Assembly: GCA_009914755.4 (NCBI GenBank)
Contig: CP068257.2
Span: 26,624,001-26,688,000 of the forward strand
Reading direction: 5' to 3'
DNA length: 64,000 nt
Origin: the human T2T-CHM13v2.0 reference genome, Homo sapiens
Shown here: piece after piece, positions 15,081-27,854 of the stretch
Layout of the letters: each line of letters begins with the position of its first letter
How positions within the stretch are numbered: position 1 is the first letter of the stretch
Program-made: the position numbers and the translations under genes
Notes under the pieces: generated by a model
What the model was told of the DNA's origin: nothing
The model's input: the letters and a program-made list of their open reading frames with translations, nothing else
Database searches by the model: none

Positions 15081-16419
15081 CATTTGATTTTGTCAATAAT
15101 TGTTTGTTGAATAAATAAAAGCCTGAAATATGATGATTCAACATAGTGAGACATATAAGAAGAAAGCAAGAAATAAAATATTCTGAGACAATGCGAAACA
15201 AATAAGGCATCACCGCACAGACTCATAAAATAATTATGTGGAATTGAATACCCTCTATATGCCAGGTTGTATGTTAAGAGCTTATTTCAATGCTAGACTG
15301 AGGCACTAATTATGACTCCCATTTTATACATGATGAAAATGAGACTTAGAGTGTATAGTACACAGAATAATGTTCTCTCAAAGACATGCCTGTCCTGATC
15401 AGCAGAATTTGTGAATATATTACTTTACATGGCAAAATGGATATTGCAGGCATGATTTAAGTTAAGGGTCTTGAGATAGAAAAGTTATTTTGAATTATCC
15501 AGGTGTGCCAATGTTATCACAAAATCCCTTATAAGGTAATGAGAGGAGGAAGAAGATGTGAAGAGAGGAGCAGAGTTCAGAGAGAAAGAGTAAGAGAGAG
15601 TTAAAGTTGCTATGCTGCTGATCTTGAAGACAGAGAGTGGGGCTGTGAGCCAAGGAATGTAGGTGGCCTCCAGAAGCTGGAAAAGGCAAGGGAACAGATG
15701 TTGCCCTGGTGCCTTCAAAAGCAATGCAGCCCTGACAATATCTGGATTTTAGGGCTCTGACCTCCACAAACATAATACAATGAATTTGTATTGTTTTATA
15801 TTTCAAAGTTTATAGTAATTTGTTACAGCAACAATAGGAAATTAATTCCTTAATACAGAAGGATTAAGGAATTTTCTCAATGATCTCATTTTCTCAGTGA
15901 GGGTCAGCTGAAACCCAGGCATCTCTGACACTGAGTTTTGTCATTTCTCCCATCTTAGTAGCAGGAAAGTCACTCAGAAAATAGATAAATCCACACTTGT
16001 AAAATGGAAGTGTCTCAACCTACTTAACAGGAATTAGGCATTTTTAACATGCTGCCAATAATGGTGAAAAAAATGAACCAGATAAATCTATATGACTGAA
16101 AAACTGCTACCTGTTTCTAAGTACCGAGAGAAAAACTGTTCATCCAATTTTGTTAAGCTTAAATTCTCACCAGACATATATCCTTTTACTGTGGACTCAA
16201 ATTTGATCACTATTCAAGTCTTTTTCAATGTCTTCTCTATGGTTGGCTTACCTCCTAAGCAGATAAAAATTGATTTTCTAATTCTGTATGACTTGTTGCA
16301 CAATATATCTTTTTGTATGTACACAAAACTCTGAAAGCTTACTTAAACTCTGTTAGCTCATGGTTAGCCTCAAATTTACACCAACTTAAGAATTATTTTT
16401 TCTACTAAATGTTGTTTAA

Positions 16420-17055
16420 TAATCATTGTTTTATTTTTATTGCCAAATTCTAGTTTTAAAAATGGTTGGTAGGAATGTAAATTAGTTCAACCCCTATGAA
16501 ACACAGTATAGAGAAATCGCAAAGCACTAAAAATAGAACTACCATTCCACCAGCAATTACATTACTTGGCATCTCCCCAAAGAAAAAGAAAGCATTATAT
16601 AAAAAAAGACACCTGCATTTGGATGTTTATTGCAGCACTATTCACAATAGAGAAGTCATGGAACCACCCTAAGTGCCCATCAATGGTTGCTTGGATAATG
16701 GAGTATCATACAGCCATAATAAACAATAAGATCATATCCTTTGCAGCAGCATGAATGGAGCTAGAGGTCATTATCCTGAGTAAACTAACTCAGAAGCAGA
16801 AGATCAAATATCATGTATTCTCCCTAATAAGTAGAAGCTTAGCAATGGGCAGACATGAACATCAAGATGGAGATAATAGACACTGGGAACTCCAAAAGCG
16901 TAGACAATAAGAGGTGAGTGAGGATTGAAAAATTGCCTATTTGGTACAATGTTTAATACTTGGGTGATGGGCACACTAGAATTGCGTTCCCCACAATTAC
17001 CCATGTAATACCCATGTAAGAAACAAGCACATGTAGCCCCTGAGCCTAAAATAAA
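16420..17055 (+). mobile_element. L1 LINE 3' end (L1PA-like ORF2 C-terminus plus 3' UTR) with an A/T-rich tail
   Basis: ttggtaggaatgtaaattagttcaacccctatg, gcagcactattcacaatagagaagtcatggaaccaccctaagtgcccatcaatgg, ctgggaactccaaaagcgtagacaataagaggtgagtgaggattgaaaaattgcctatttggtacaatgtttaatacttgggtgatgggcacactag ... cccatgtaagaaacaagcacatgtagcccctgagcctaaaataaaataaaa. Confidence 0.8.
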
Positions 17056-17984
17056 ATAAAATTTTTAAGTCCTCAATATAATCTATTTATTTCTGAGTTA
17101 AATAAAATATTTTAAGAGAGATAAATGTTTCAACAAAAATATATTTGTACATATCAGCATTTTTATTAATAAAAATATTTGCCTTATTTTGACTTAATAA
17201 TGTATATAATATCAGAGATATTAAAATGTACAATATACAATTAAGATATACAATATCTGAGATACTTTCTCAGATTTTACTGGGGCTTGGAGTGAGTGAA
17301 GAATCCAATCCATAGCCCTTGTTTTCAAGGAGTTTGGTTAGGAAATCAGAATATATTGTCGAAATACAATTCATAAACAAATCCCTGAATCCAAAATATC
17401 CTAAAGGTACTATACCCTCTCTTTAAACCATTCTCCAAACTGCAATCATAACAAGTCAGATTCCAGTTTTGTTTTACTTCCGTATCTTTTTTGGAAGAGT
17501 CAGCTTAAGGTTTCATTGCACAACTGGGAGCTGAAATGTTGAAGAAAAGGATGTTGAGTCCCTGAATATGGAATACGGGCAATGGTATAAGGCACACGAC
17601 TTGGTCAGTGGGTGACAGACTTTAGTAAATGCAGTGTATAAGGGGAAAGGGACCTGTGATTGGACAGGGGGGTCGAGATCACAGAAAAGCCTGAACACTG
17701 CACTCTGTGATTAGTATTTGATTCTTCTATGTTTAAGACATTATTTTCTCAAAAATGTTTAGCACGATATAGAACTTAAGAGTACAGGGAGGAAAGCCAG
17801 CTTGCTTGGTTCTTTGCCTTAATTTCCTCATCTTGAAAATGGGATTATATATAGATCTTATCCTAATACAGTGACTGTGAAGATAAAATGTGTTAATATA
17901 GAAAAGTGTCTAGAAGAATGACTGGCACATAAAAAGTGCTAAAGAAGTGTTTTTTACTATTCCACACAACACAGATGTTGAAAA

Positions 17985-18720
17985 GAGTTCAGGCAAAGCT
18001 ACATGTGATTTCCCTTTACAGATTATTATTTCAACAGCTTTGAGAAATTTAGTAGGGAAAATTTGTTTTCCATGTTTATTTTAGTACTATTCACAATAGC
18101 TGAGATATGGAATCAAACTAGGTGCTCAACAGCAGATGAATGGATAAAGAAAATGCATAAAAAAGTACTACTGAGCCATAAAAAAGAATAAAATACTGTC
18201 ATAAATAAAAGAATAAAATACTGTGGCAACATGAATGGAACTGGAGGATGTTATATTAGGTGAATTAAGCCAGGAACAGAAAGTGAAATACCACACGCTC
18301 TGTCATACGTGGAAGTTAAAAAAAAAAAAAAAAGTTGATTTCATAGAAGTAAAAAGTAGAACAGAGGATACCAGAGGCTGGGAAAGATAGAAGGAAAGGA
18401 AGAGATTTGTTAAAGGGTACAAAATTACAGTTAGATAGGAGGAATACATTCTAATATTCTATACCATTGTAAGATGACTATAATTGACAATAATATATTA
18501 CTATATATTATATAGAGTCAAATGGCTAAAACGAGGAATGCATTGAACATTCCCAACATAAAGAAATGACAAATGTTTGATATAATAGGTATGCTAATTA
18601 CCCTAATCTGATTACTATACATTATATGTATTGAAACAATGTTAGGTACCTTCCATGAATAAGCACAATTATTATTATTTGTCAATTTAAAAATTAAAGG
18701 AAAAAAAAGAAAGAATAGGT
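17985..18720 (+). mobile_element. L1 LINE 3' end (older L1PB/L1MA type)
   Basis: tactattcacaatagctgagatatggaatcaaactaggtgctcaacagcagatgaatggataaagaaaatgcataaaaaagtactactgagccataaaaaagaataaaatactgtcat ... ggataccagaggctgggaaag ... gtgactataattgacaataatatattactatatatt ... tcaatttaaaaattaaagg. It contains a 16-bp local duplication of aagaataaaatactgt at about 18182-18225. Confidence 0.75.
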
Positions 18721-19005
18721 AAGTGTGGTGGCTCATGTCTGTAATCCCCACGCTTTGAGAGGCCACAGGAGAGGATAGCTTGAGGCTAGCAGTTTAAGAC
18801 CAGTCTGCAACATAGTGAGACCCCATCTCTACAGGAAAATAAATATATTAGCTTGGTGTGATGTTGCATGCCTGTAGTCCCAGTTACTCTGGAGGTTGAG
18901 ATAGGAAGATCGCTTGAGCCCAGGAGTTGAGGCTGGAGTGAACTATGATCGCACCACTGCACTCCAGCTGGGATGGCAGCAAAACCCTGTTTCTAAAAAT
19001 AAAAA
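18718..19005 (+). mobile_element. AluJ-like SINE inserted at the poly-A end of the preceding L1
   Basis: ggtaagtgtggtggctcatgtctgtaatccccacgctttgagaggccacaggagaggatagcttgaggctagcagtttaagaccagtctgcaacatagtgagaccccatctctac ... cactgcactccagctgggatggcagcaaaaccctgtttc plus an A-rich tail. Confidence 0.85.
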
Positions 19006-20236
19006 TCCAGAAGAAAGAAAGAAAAAGTAATTTAATTTTACTTTAGCCAGCGTTTTACAAAATTATGGGATTTCAGATTTTTGTTATTATTTATTTCTTT
19101 ATTATTTGATTGAAGAACTAAGAATTTTAATAGCACTTATTAATATTCTGTGATACAGTTTGGGAAATCTGTTTTGGAGAATAGAGAGTATTTCTTTCAT
19201 ATCTAAGACAAATACAGTCAATTCTTACTATTTGCTGTAATGGGTTCTATAAAGCCACCATGAACACTGAATTAGAAAATACTAAACTACTGCTCCTAGG
19301 GTAATCCAGAGTTATTTTCCCACAAGCCTCTGCCCAAGACATTTTCCTCAACCTAAACACCATTTGTAGTATAAATATTTGTTTGTCAACATCCTCCTAA
19401 AACTAGTCAGTCTCATAAGAATAGAAAACCTGCTCTCCCACCTAATCCTATTTCTGTATCCCACTTAGCAGGTATTCTTAAAATTCTTCCACAGCATCCT
19501 AAGCTGCAGAACCTTTCTCACCTGAAAATTTAACATATTCATGACACATTGCCTTTCAAAATATGTAAACTTCTCAGCATGAGCCACAAAGAGCTTAACA
19601 TTGTCCTGACCCTGGGTTACATGACCATAGTTTTTTGACTTTCAGCCTCACAACAAAGCTGTCCCCTACACATTTTTACTGGTTGTCATCTCATGAGCCC
19701 ACAAATTTAGCCAGTTTTCCATCTTTTCTATAGTTTCATTATGAACTATAAATGTTAACTTTAGCTCTTTCCAGAGTAACCTCTTATCGAGATAAGAAAA
19801 TTTTCTCTTCCTTTTTCTGGATGTACTATGCTGTTGATTCATTAACATTGAACTGACAGCCAAGAGTACTATAACACATGCCTGAATGAAGCCTTTTTAA
19901 CACACATATATTCTCCAGAAGGCACACCTTTTGCACTTAGAAACACTAGATAGCAGTTCAGCATTACATTTGAGGGGCCAATTTAAACAGAGAAATTATC
20001 GACAAAAAGCACAAAAATGTGAAAAACATGACGCTAAAAAAGATCGGGAAAAAGACACTCATTTACTAAAAGCAGGGCTGCAAAGAGGTGGCAGAGCATC
20101 ACCTTTTTCAACATCAGCTGGGAACCTGTGAAACCTGTGGAGTGACTTAATTTTTCTCTCTGTGTGTGTCCACAAATGCCTATGAAAGCACTGCAAGTAT
20201 TGATTTTGGGGTTGCAAATACATTTTAACAAGTAGG

Positions 20237-20559
20237 CTTCCAGCTTCATCCATGTCCCTACAAAGGACATGAACTCATCCTTTTTCATGGCTGCATAGTA
20301 TTCCATGGTGTATATGTGCCACATTTTCTTAACCCAGTCTATCATTGATCGACATTTGGGTTGGTTCCAAGTCTTTGCTATCGTGGGGTGGGGGGAGTGG
20401 GGAGGGAAAGCATTAGGAGATATACCTAATGTAAATGATGAGTTAATGGGTGCAGTACATGAACATGGCACATGTATACATATGTAACAAACCTGCACGT
20501 TGTGCACATGTACCCTAGAACTTAAAGTATAATAAAATCAATCAATAAATAAAATAAAG
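20237..20559 (+). mobile_element. Young L1 (L1PA/L1HS-like) 3' fragment with a 5' inversion (twin priming). The inverted ORF2 piece is about 20237-20385 and the direct 3' UTR piece about 20386-20527 plus an A-rich tail. TSD is taacaagtagg.
   Basis: The direct part gggtggggggagtggggagggaaagcattaggagatatacctaatgtaaatgatgagttaatgggtgcagtacatgaacatggcacatgtatacatatgtaacaaacctgcacgttgtgcacatgtaccctagaacttaaagtataataaaa is near-identical to the L1HS/L1PA 3' end. The part immediately 5' is the reverse complement of ORF2 sequence (ggatgagttcatgtcctttgtagggacatggatgaagctggaagcc ... cacgatagcaaagacttggaaccaacccaaatgtcgatcaatgatagactgggttaagaaaatgtggcacatatacaccatggaatactatgcagccatgaaaaagg). Flanking direct repeats taacaagtagg lie at 20226-20236 and 20560-20570. 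Confidence 0.8.
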
Positions 20560-23492
20560 TAACAAGTAGGCAAATTCAGGAATAATGAAGATTAACTGTA
20601 TATCGACGACACTGTGTGCAAGAGACTTTTTGAATGGAGGAAGAAGATACTGCCAGTAAGAATATAGACGAAGAGATTGTGACCTCTTTACATGTCTCTG
20701 ATTTCTGTAAAGACTACAAGATCAATATTACACAAGACTAATCTCAGTAGCCTGTATTTGCATGTGTTACAATTGTATGGTCACTTTATAAGGGAATGAC
20801 TTATTAAAGTCCTTGGTTCCTTCAGGGGAGATCTAATAAAGAGAAATAGCTGATGGCTGGACTAATACAATAGCATTATCTGTGATGCTGGTCACTTTCG
20901 TAAAGGGCTGTGTTCATTAAGAGTGGTATCATCAAGACACATCAGGTGGTGTGTAGCCTAATCTAACATTCAGTTTGTCTAAAGCAGAAATCCAGTCACA
21001 GTATAGTTTGGTCATAAAATCTATATATGTACAGAACAATTCAATATTTATTATAAAATCATATAGTTTAAATATGAATGGAAGCTATTTATGAAAAACA
21101 AACTTATGAGTCATATGAATATAAATCATTGGAAATTATACCTGTCAATCTCATATCATCCATCCATAAGATATTTCCCAAAAAGGAATAGATGATGGAT
21201 ACTTACTTTTTGATAAGTCTCAAATATTGTTTCTAAAACATTTTTCAAATCAGTCTCTCATTTTAATCCTGCTACCACTTCCCTGGTATAGACTTTCTTT
21301 AGCCCTATTCTGATCCTATTCAATAGCTTATCACAAGTTGGTAAAAAACCTCCAAGATCGAGCAACACCGGCAGACGGAGCTGGCAGCTGAAGGGCCAGA
21401 GAAAGCCAGCTCTCGCTTGGACAGACACCAACCTGCAAAGACACTTACATGCCTCCGCTTTACATACGGAGAAAGGGGTTTCTGATGGTTAAGGGTCTCT
21501 GAATTTATCTTCTTTATTAAACAAGTTATGATCATATTCCCTAAAATCTAAAACATTTAATGTTTGGACTTGGGCAACATAGTTAACCTCATTAAGTCTG
21601 GGCTTTTCTCATCTGTAAAGCAAGTATAGTAATATGGACCCAGCCTGCTCTCTGTCCTTTTCTGTGCTTAAAATGGGGAAAGTAAATGTAAAAATCAAGT
21701 TAATCAGATGAGTTATGGCATGGGATTCACTTGTAGGATTTACATTGGCTTTCAAGTCAGGGCTTTGCAATGTTAATTTTGGCTATTCAAATACTTTTCG
21801 CTCCTCGATTTCAAGCTCCTGGCAGTGCTACATAGAGATTTTTAGATCTCTGTGCCTCAAATATGTGGGATATTAATTATGCTCTGGTCATGCCTGCATG
21901 GAAAGGCAGTTACACTTCAGTGTGCGGCAGTCAAGACCTCTACTTGATAATCAGCGTCAAAAATCAATTCGCATTTGAGATAAATATTTCATGTTTTAAA
22001 TATTTAGAAGAGGTACGTTTATTTATCTTTTTTAAAATAATACCATAAGTGGTAAAGTTTTTTAGTAAACACCTTTGGTTTGTACACTTCTGAACAAAAA
22101 TCATTTTAAACATAATGGAAATTGGATCAGTTTAACTGCAACAAAAGCTTCCTCCTTGTTTGATTTTAAAGGGAATGCATCTCCTTATGCGTTCTGTCCA
22201 ATGCAAGTTTCTTCTCACTCCACCAAGTTTTTGTAACCTTTCATCTCTAATGTTTTCTTCAAAGCAGGAAATTTCTTTAACAAAAGGAGGAACTATTTAG
22301 ATATCGGACAAATTGACCCAGTAGCTGAGAAGTTGCAAAATAGCTTTTGGATGTGATTTTTCATGATTGGCTAGAGAGTGTGTGCCCCTTAAGTGCTTTC
22401 ATATCTGTCTTTCTGAGGAAAGATAAACTGTTCTTTGGCCCAAAGATGAGATAACACTCCTGGTTGTGAACAATAGGCGAGGAGCTCTGGCAGGATTGCT
22501 AAATAATTCTTCAGTAACTTCGAACAGACTCCACAGGCTTGCTTTGATTAGCAGGAAGGATCATGAAGCAGAGTGGAACTATGTGATGATGTGATGTTAG
22601 AACTGGGGAGGCAGAATCTACTCTGACCTTTTGACCTTACACACAGGCAGTCTGGGAGACGGGAAAGAAAAAGCTCTTGGCAAATTTCCTATAATAACTT
22701 ATTTAAAGGCATATCTAATTTTGGCTGTGTTTTTTACTATATTTATTTACTTGGCAAGGCATTGAATTCCATAAAGGCAGAAGTCAGCCAGTCTGCCAGC
22801 ACATTTGACATGATGGATTGTCTGTCTACTGTACAATACTCTGAACATCAGCATTTTGGGGGAGGTTGGGCAGAAGATAAAAAGATCTAGATTTAGTAGT
22901 TATTGTTGCATTGTTACAAGAAAAAGTGGTGCCAGCTCCTAAAGATATAAATAGTAAAGGAATTGAGGCCTGAGGGCCAGGGGTGAAGGGTTGTCTAAGC
23001 TGAAGCCCTGTCAGTGTTGTATTGTAGCTATTTATATGATGAAATTAATCACTTGAAAACAGGTCAAGGTGAAGTCAGAGTGCTTGAAGCAATTGTTTGT
23101 ACTTTATCAAAGACAGGTTTTTCTTCTTCCATCAGTCAACATCCACATGAAAGCCATTGAGATTTGAAAGAAATCTCACCTGTGCCACTAGCTGCTGCTA
23201 GCTAAGTCTCAGGTTTTCCTAGTAGTCTGTAATTCTAGAAATATCAAATAGAAAACAGTGTTACTTAGATAATGATATTTTGGCAGGGTATAAATTTGGA
23301 TCTTCCAAGTATTTCTCTTTCCTTTTTGTGTACCTATTTAGACTGCAGATTTTCAGTGAAAATGCCATATTTGTGTTGATATTGTTGAAATCCTTTTTTA
23401 CCTAAACATAATTGTAATCAACTTTGAATTCTGAAAGGGTTTGTACTATAAATAGGAAAAACCTAGATTTCTACATAACATGATACACACCT

Positions 23493-23516
23493 ACACACAC
23501 ACACACACACACACAC
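23493..23516. repeat. (AC)12 microsatellite
   Basis: acacacacacacacacacacacac read directly. Confidence 0.95.
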
Positions 23517-23689
23517 GTACACTACGTCAATTAAAAACCATAAAATTTCTAGAGAAAATGTAATAGAATATCTTTGTAGCAGGATCTTAGAATGGTATCT
23601 TAAACAAAAATACCAAAAACACAAATGTAAGACAAAAAAGATAATTTTCAATATGCCAAAATGCAGATTTATAGTCTATGAATCATAAC

Positions 23690-25570
23690 ATAGACAAAAG
23701 TTAAGAAACAGATGGAAAAATGGAAGAAGATATTTAATTCAGAAAAGAAACGAAAAGAAAGATTATATAAGTCTATAAATCAACAAGAATAAAGATGCTC
23801 CTGAAGAAAAAAAGCAAAAATCATGAAAAAGAAATTAACAGCACATAAAGACACACTCAAAATCACTAGATCATTAGTAATGAGAGAAATGTCAATTAAA
23901 ACAAGGTGTTACTTTGCACCTTTTAAACAAAGATTAGGAAGCTAGAATGTCATGTATTGGTGGAAATTCAAGGACATAGGAGCCCTCAAGCACTGTTAGT
24001 GAAAAATGCTATTTTGGAGAGCAAATCTACTTCTCTCTAGATATGCAGGATAGAAAGGATATAGCCCGCACAGCTCTGCAATTCTCCTGCTGGATACGTG
24101 ACTCAAAGATAGTCTCACACAGGTTCACAGGGTATACTTGTAAGGTGTTCATCGCAGTGTTAGAATTGGGAGGCAACCTGGGAGTCTAACCCTGGGAGAA
24201 TGACCAGGTAAAACGTGATGAATGGACACCATGCAATGTCAATCAGTAGTTATGAACAATGGATTCATTACTCAAAACACTATGATTGAATTTTAAAATA
24301 TAGTTTTTAGTGAAAAAAGCATGAAAATAATAGTATATATGAACACAATACATTTATATAAATTAAAATTTCATGTACACAAAGCATGCATATTTTGCAA
24401 AAGCACTTATACAAAACATGGTGCACATTAAACACGTTACAAAGGAAGTTTATGGAAATTGGAGCCAGGATTGAAGAAAAAAAGGTGAAAGGGACAAAAC
24501 AAATCAATGAATTAATTTTTAAGATATATGAGCAGGAGAAAATGGGGGATGAGCATGAATTCTGGAAGGTTGAATAGAAAATATTCATCTTCCTTTTTGG
24601 TTTGTCATGTTGGCACATTCTTGTACATTGTGGGGCACACAAGACTCCAGCGCAGTTATTACATAAACCAAAAACTCGGCAGGAATTTGTCCTTTGGAAC
24701 ATAGGTACTCTCTTTTCATTTGGTCTTTATGTGTGTCTTTTATTCACATATCCAAACTCAGGGATCAGCCACAGAAGTAAGATGAGATGGATGAATTGTT
24801 GCTATTGTGGAAGAAAGCCACACTGTATTAAATATCTGTAAATTAGTACAACCACTATGAAAAACAGTATGGTTTCCAAAAATATTTAAAACATAACTAC
24901 CACATCATTCAGCAATCCCACTACTGAGTATATATACAAAGGAAAATAAGTCAGTATGTCAAAAAAAATCTGTACACCCGTGCTTATTACAGCACTATTC
25001 ACAATAGCCAAGATATGCAATCAACCTATCCATCAGTGGATAAATGAATAAAGAAAATGTGGTATGTTTATACAATAGAATACTACTCAGCCATAAAAAG
25101 TAGGAAATTCTGTCATTTGTGGCAACATGGATGGAACTAGAAGACCTTACGTTAAGTAAATCAGACACATAAACATGAATACTGCATGTTCTCCCTCATT
25201 TGTTGGAATTACAAATGTTGATCTCAAAGAAGAAAAGAATAGAATAGTGGTTACCAGTGATTACAAAAGGTAAAGGAAGGCTAGGAAGAAGTTGGCTTAC
25301 AGATAAAAAAAATACAGCAAGATAGGAGGAATAAGTTCTAGTGACTAACAGCATTATATGGTGACTATAGTTAACAACAATTTTTTGTATAATTTCAAAT
25401 AAAGGAGAGGATTTTGAGTGTTTCTGGCATGAAGAAATAATACATATTTGAGGTGATGGATATGCTATTACCCCAATTTTATCATTACACATAGTATATA
25501 TGTATTGAAATATCACACCTTACCCCAAAAATATGAACAATTACAGTGTCCATATTTGGACACAATGCAA
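23690..25570 (+). mobile_element. Older L1 LINE (ORF2 C-terminal part plus 3' UTR, L1M/L1PB-like) carrying a roughly 600-bp non-L1 insert at about 24235-24850
   Basis: 23860-24230: cattagtaatgagagaaatgtcaattaaaacaaggtgttactttgcacc...ggtggaaattcaaggacataggagccctcaagcactgttagtgaaaaatgctattttggagagc, which is L1 ORF2 (catcattagagaaatgcaaatcaaaaccacaatgagatacca...tggtgggaatgtaaaatggtgcagccac). 24855-25570: ccactatgaaaaacagtatggtttccaaaaatatttaaaacataactaccacatcattcagcaatcccactactgagtatatatacaaaggaaaataagtcagtatgtc ... ggtgatggatatgctattaccccaattttatcattacacatagtatatatgtattgaaatatcacaccttaccccaaaaatatgaacaattacag. Confidence 0.65.
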
Positions 25571-26084
25571 TATTCTTTTCCTGTTGGAAGTGCATCTTCT
25601 TACATGTATGGTTCCTCAGTAATTTTCAAATGCTCCATTAACCAGAGGGCAGTATGTGGCATTTTTCACTTACCAAATATAATTCAGATATCTGAATATC
25701 CTCAATCTTTAAGTGTTCTTGTCCAAAAAGCATCTCACATGTTTTATGCCCTCTGAGTTAAGACAATGTCCAGGTAGATGGAGATCAATGGGGTGTTGGG
25801 GAATTTTGGAAAGCTGTTAGCTCGAGATTGTAGTACCAAGTGGGAGCCTGCAGGTCAGCTACCCTGAACATCCTTGGGGTTCACTCTATTCTCTCATTAA
25901 ACCTAAGCCTGTAATCAAGAGGAAGGAGGGCCACTGTCACATCCTGCATAAAAAATGTAGCTACTAATTTTAGTCCACTTCTGCCTGTTGGAACCTTAAG
26001 ATCAAAGTCCCATAATTGAGAGAAGCAAGATTGTAAATAGATTGTTGTTTTGCTTGCCCAAGGACTGTGAGAACAGTTAAAGAA

Positions 26085-26190
26085 AGAGAGAGAAAAGTAA
26101 GAGAGAATGCTTTCTTTTTTTCTTTTGGAAAAAAGAGGGAGAAAAGAAAGAGAGAATGCTTTCTTTTTTTCCTCTTGGAAAAAAGAGAGG
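26085..26190. repeat. Roughly 52-bp tandem duplication (2 units)
   Basis: gtaagagagaatgctttctttttttcttttggaaaaaagagggagaaaa / gaaagagagaatgctttctttttttcctcttggaaaaaagagaggctg. Confidence 0.7.
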
Positions 26191-27228
26191 CTGTTTTTGC
26201 TCTCTTTGAGAATCCTCACGGACTCATTCAAACTAGAATCCTCAAACTCACACTGACTGTGATGAGTTTTCCGGAATGAAAATTATAATACCAGCACGCG
26301 TTCCATATCTTCTTTCTCTTTCCTGCCTCCACCTGCAGCAAGCCCTCAAGTATCTATCAAGCTCCCCTTTCTAACAGATGAACCCGCTGGGCTAACTCTC
26401 CTCTTCTGGTTCCAGGATGGAATCAGTCTTGTCTAACTTCATGCCTGGAATGGCAATAGGTTTCCATTATCTATGTCCCCCTTTTGCTCACCTTTGGCTG
26501 TTATCTAGTCTGGTGTCTGAATTCCTTTTGTCCACATCTTCTTCCCTAGTGACTGCATAGCTTGTCCAGGTTGTTTCTCCCTCACATCAGTTCTTGCAAT
26601 CTTCTGACTTTTATGCAGGTTTTTTTGATCGTCTGTGTTTTTTTTTCTAGGACCTATATGCATCTGCCTGTTACAGAATTTTTCTATGCTCTAGTTTTTC
26701 ACTTGCCAGTGTAGTTTAACCCAATAATTTGTTCAATAGGCACTGAATGCAATTACTCGTGGATTTTCTTCCTCCAACTTCAGCATTTAGAAAAAGATAT
26801 TATTTCAAACCTAGCTCATTATCATGAGGCTTTTCTGCCTTCTTTCTTAAACATTTAATTCTCCCTCCCATGTCCACTCTGGTTTCTAGGTTAACACAGA
26901 CAATGCAATTTCCCACAAAGCCTCTGCTGCAACCTCTTCATTTCTTTCTAGGAATTATTCGTGCCATACTGAGTCCCAACTCTGTTAATTCTGATACCTA
27001 ATCCAGGAAGACATATCCTGGAATAAGTAGTAGATAAACTATGCTTCCGATTTCTCCTTAATCTAGATGATTAAGCGTAGAACTTAATCATTTATAGGAA
27101 TAAAATCCCCCATTTATTTTCCATAAAATAAGAATACAGATGAAAATGAAGAAGAAAAAATAAAGTAAAATTACAATCAGGTCACCAGCTGTTAGAAGTT
27201 AAATTGTGCCCTTCCATTCACCACTGGC

Positions 27229-27350
27229 AAAAAAAAAAAAAAAAAAAAAAAAATACACACACAAATACACACATATGTATATATTTAATGTGTGTATATA
27301 TAATATATATTTTATATATATATTAAAGATTATATATATTAGAAACCAAA
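27229..27350. repeat. Compound simple repeat: A25, then (CA)n/(TA)n-rich low-complexity sequence
   Basis: aaaaaaaaaaaaaaaaaaaaaaaaatacacacacaaatacacacatatgtatatatttaatgtgtgtatatataatatatattttatatatatatt. Confidence 0.9.
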
Positions 27351-27438
27351 TTCCTAGTACCTCAGAATGCAGAGTGTGACCTTATTTGGAAATAGGGTCG
27401 TTGCAAAGGTTATTAGTTAAGATAAAGTCATAACTTGA

Positions 27439-27786
<348 letters not shown>

Positions 27787-27854
27787 TAATACAATATAAC
27801 TGATGTCCTTATACAAAGACAACAATGTGAAGACACACAAACACAGAGAGAACT

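Noticed and set aside
20034..20507. 157-aa minus-strand ORF
   Set aside because: It is created by the twin-primed L1: an inverted ORF2 fragment (IAKTWNQPKCRSMIDWVKKMWHIYTMEYYAAMKKDEFMSFVGTWMKLE) read in frame with antisense L1 3' UTR. It is not a gene.
24307..24702. 131-aa minus-strand ORF
   Set aside because: It is a Cys/Phe-rich low-complexity translation of an AT-rich insert within an L1. It is not credible as coding.
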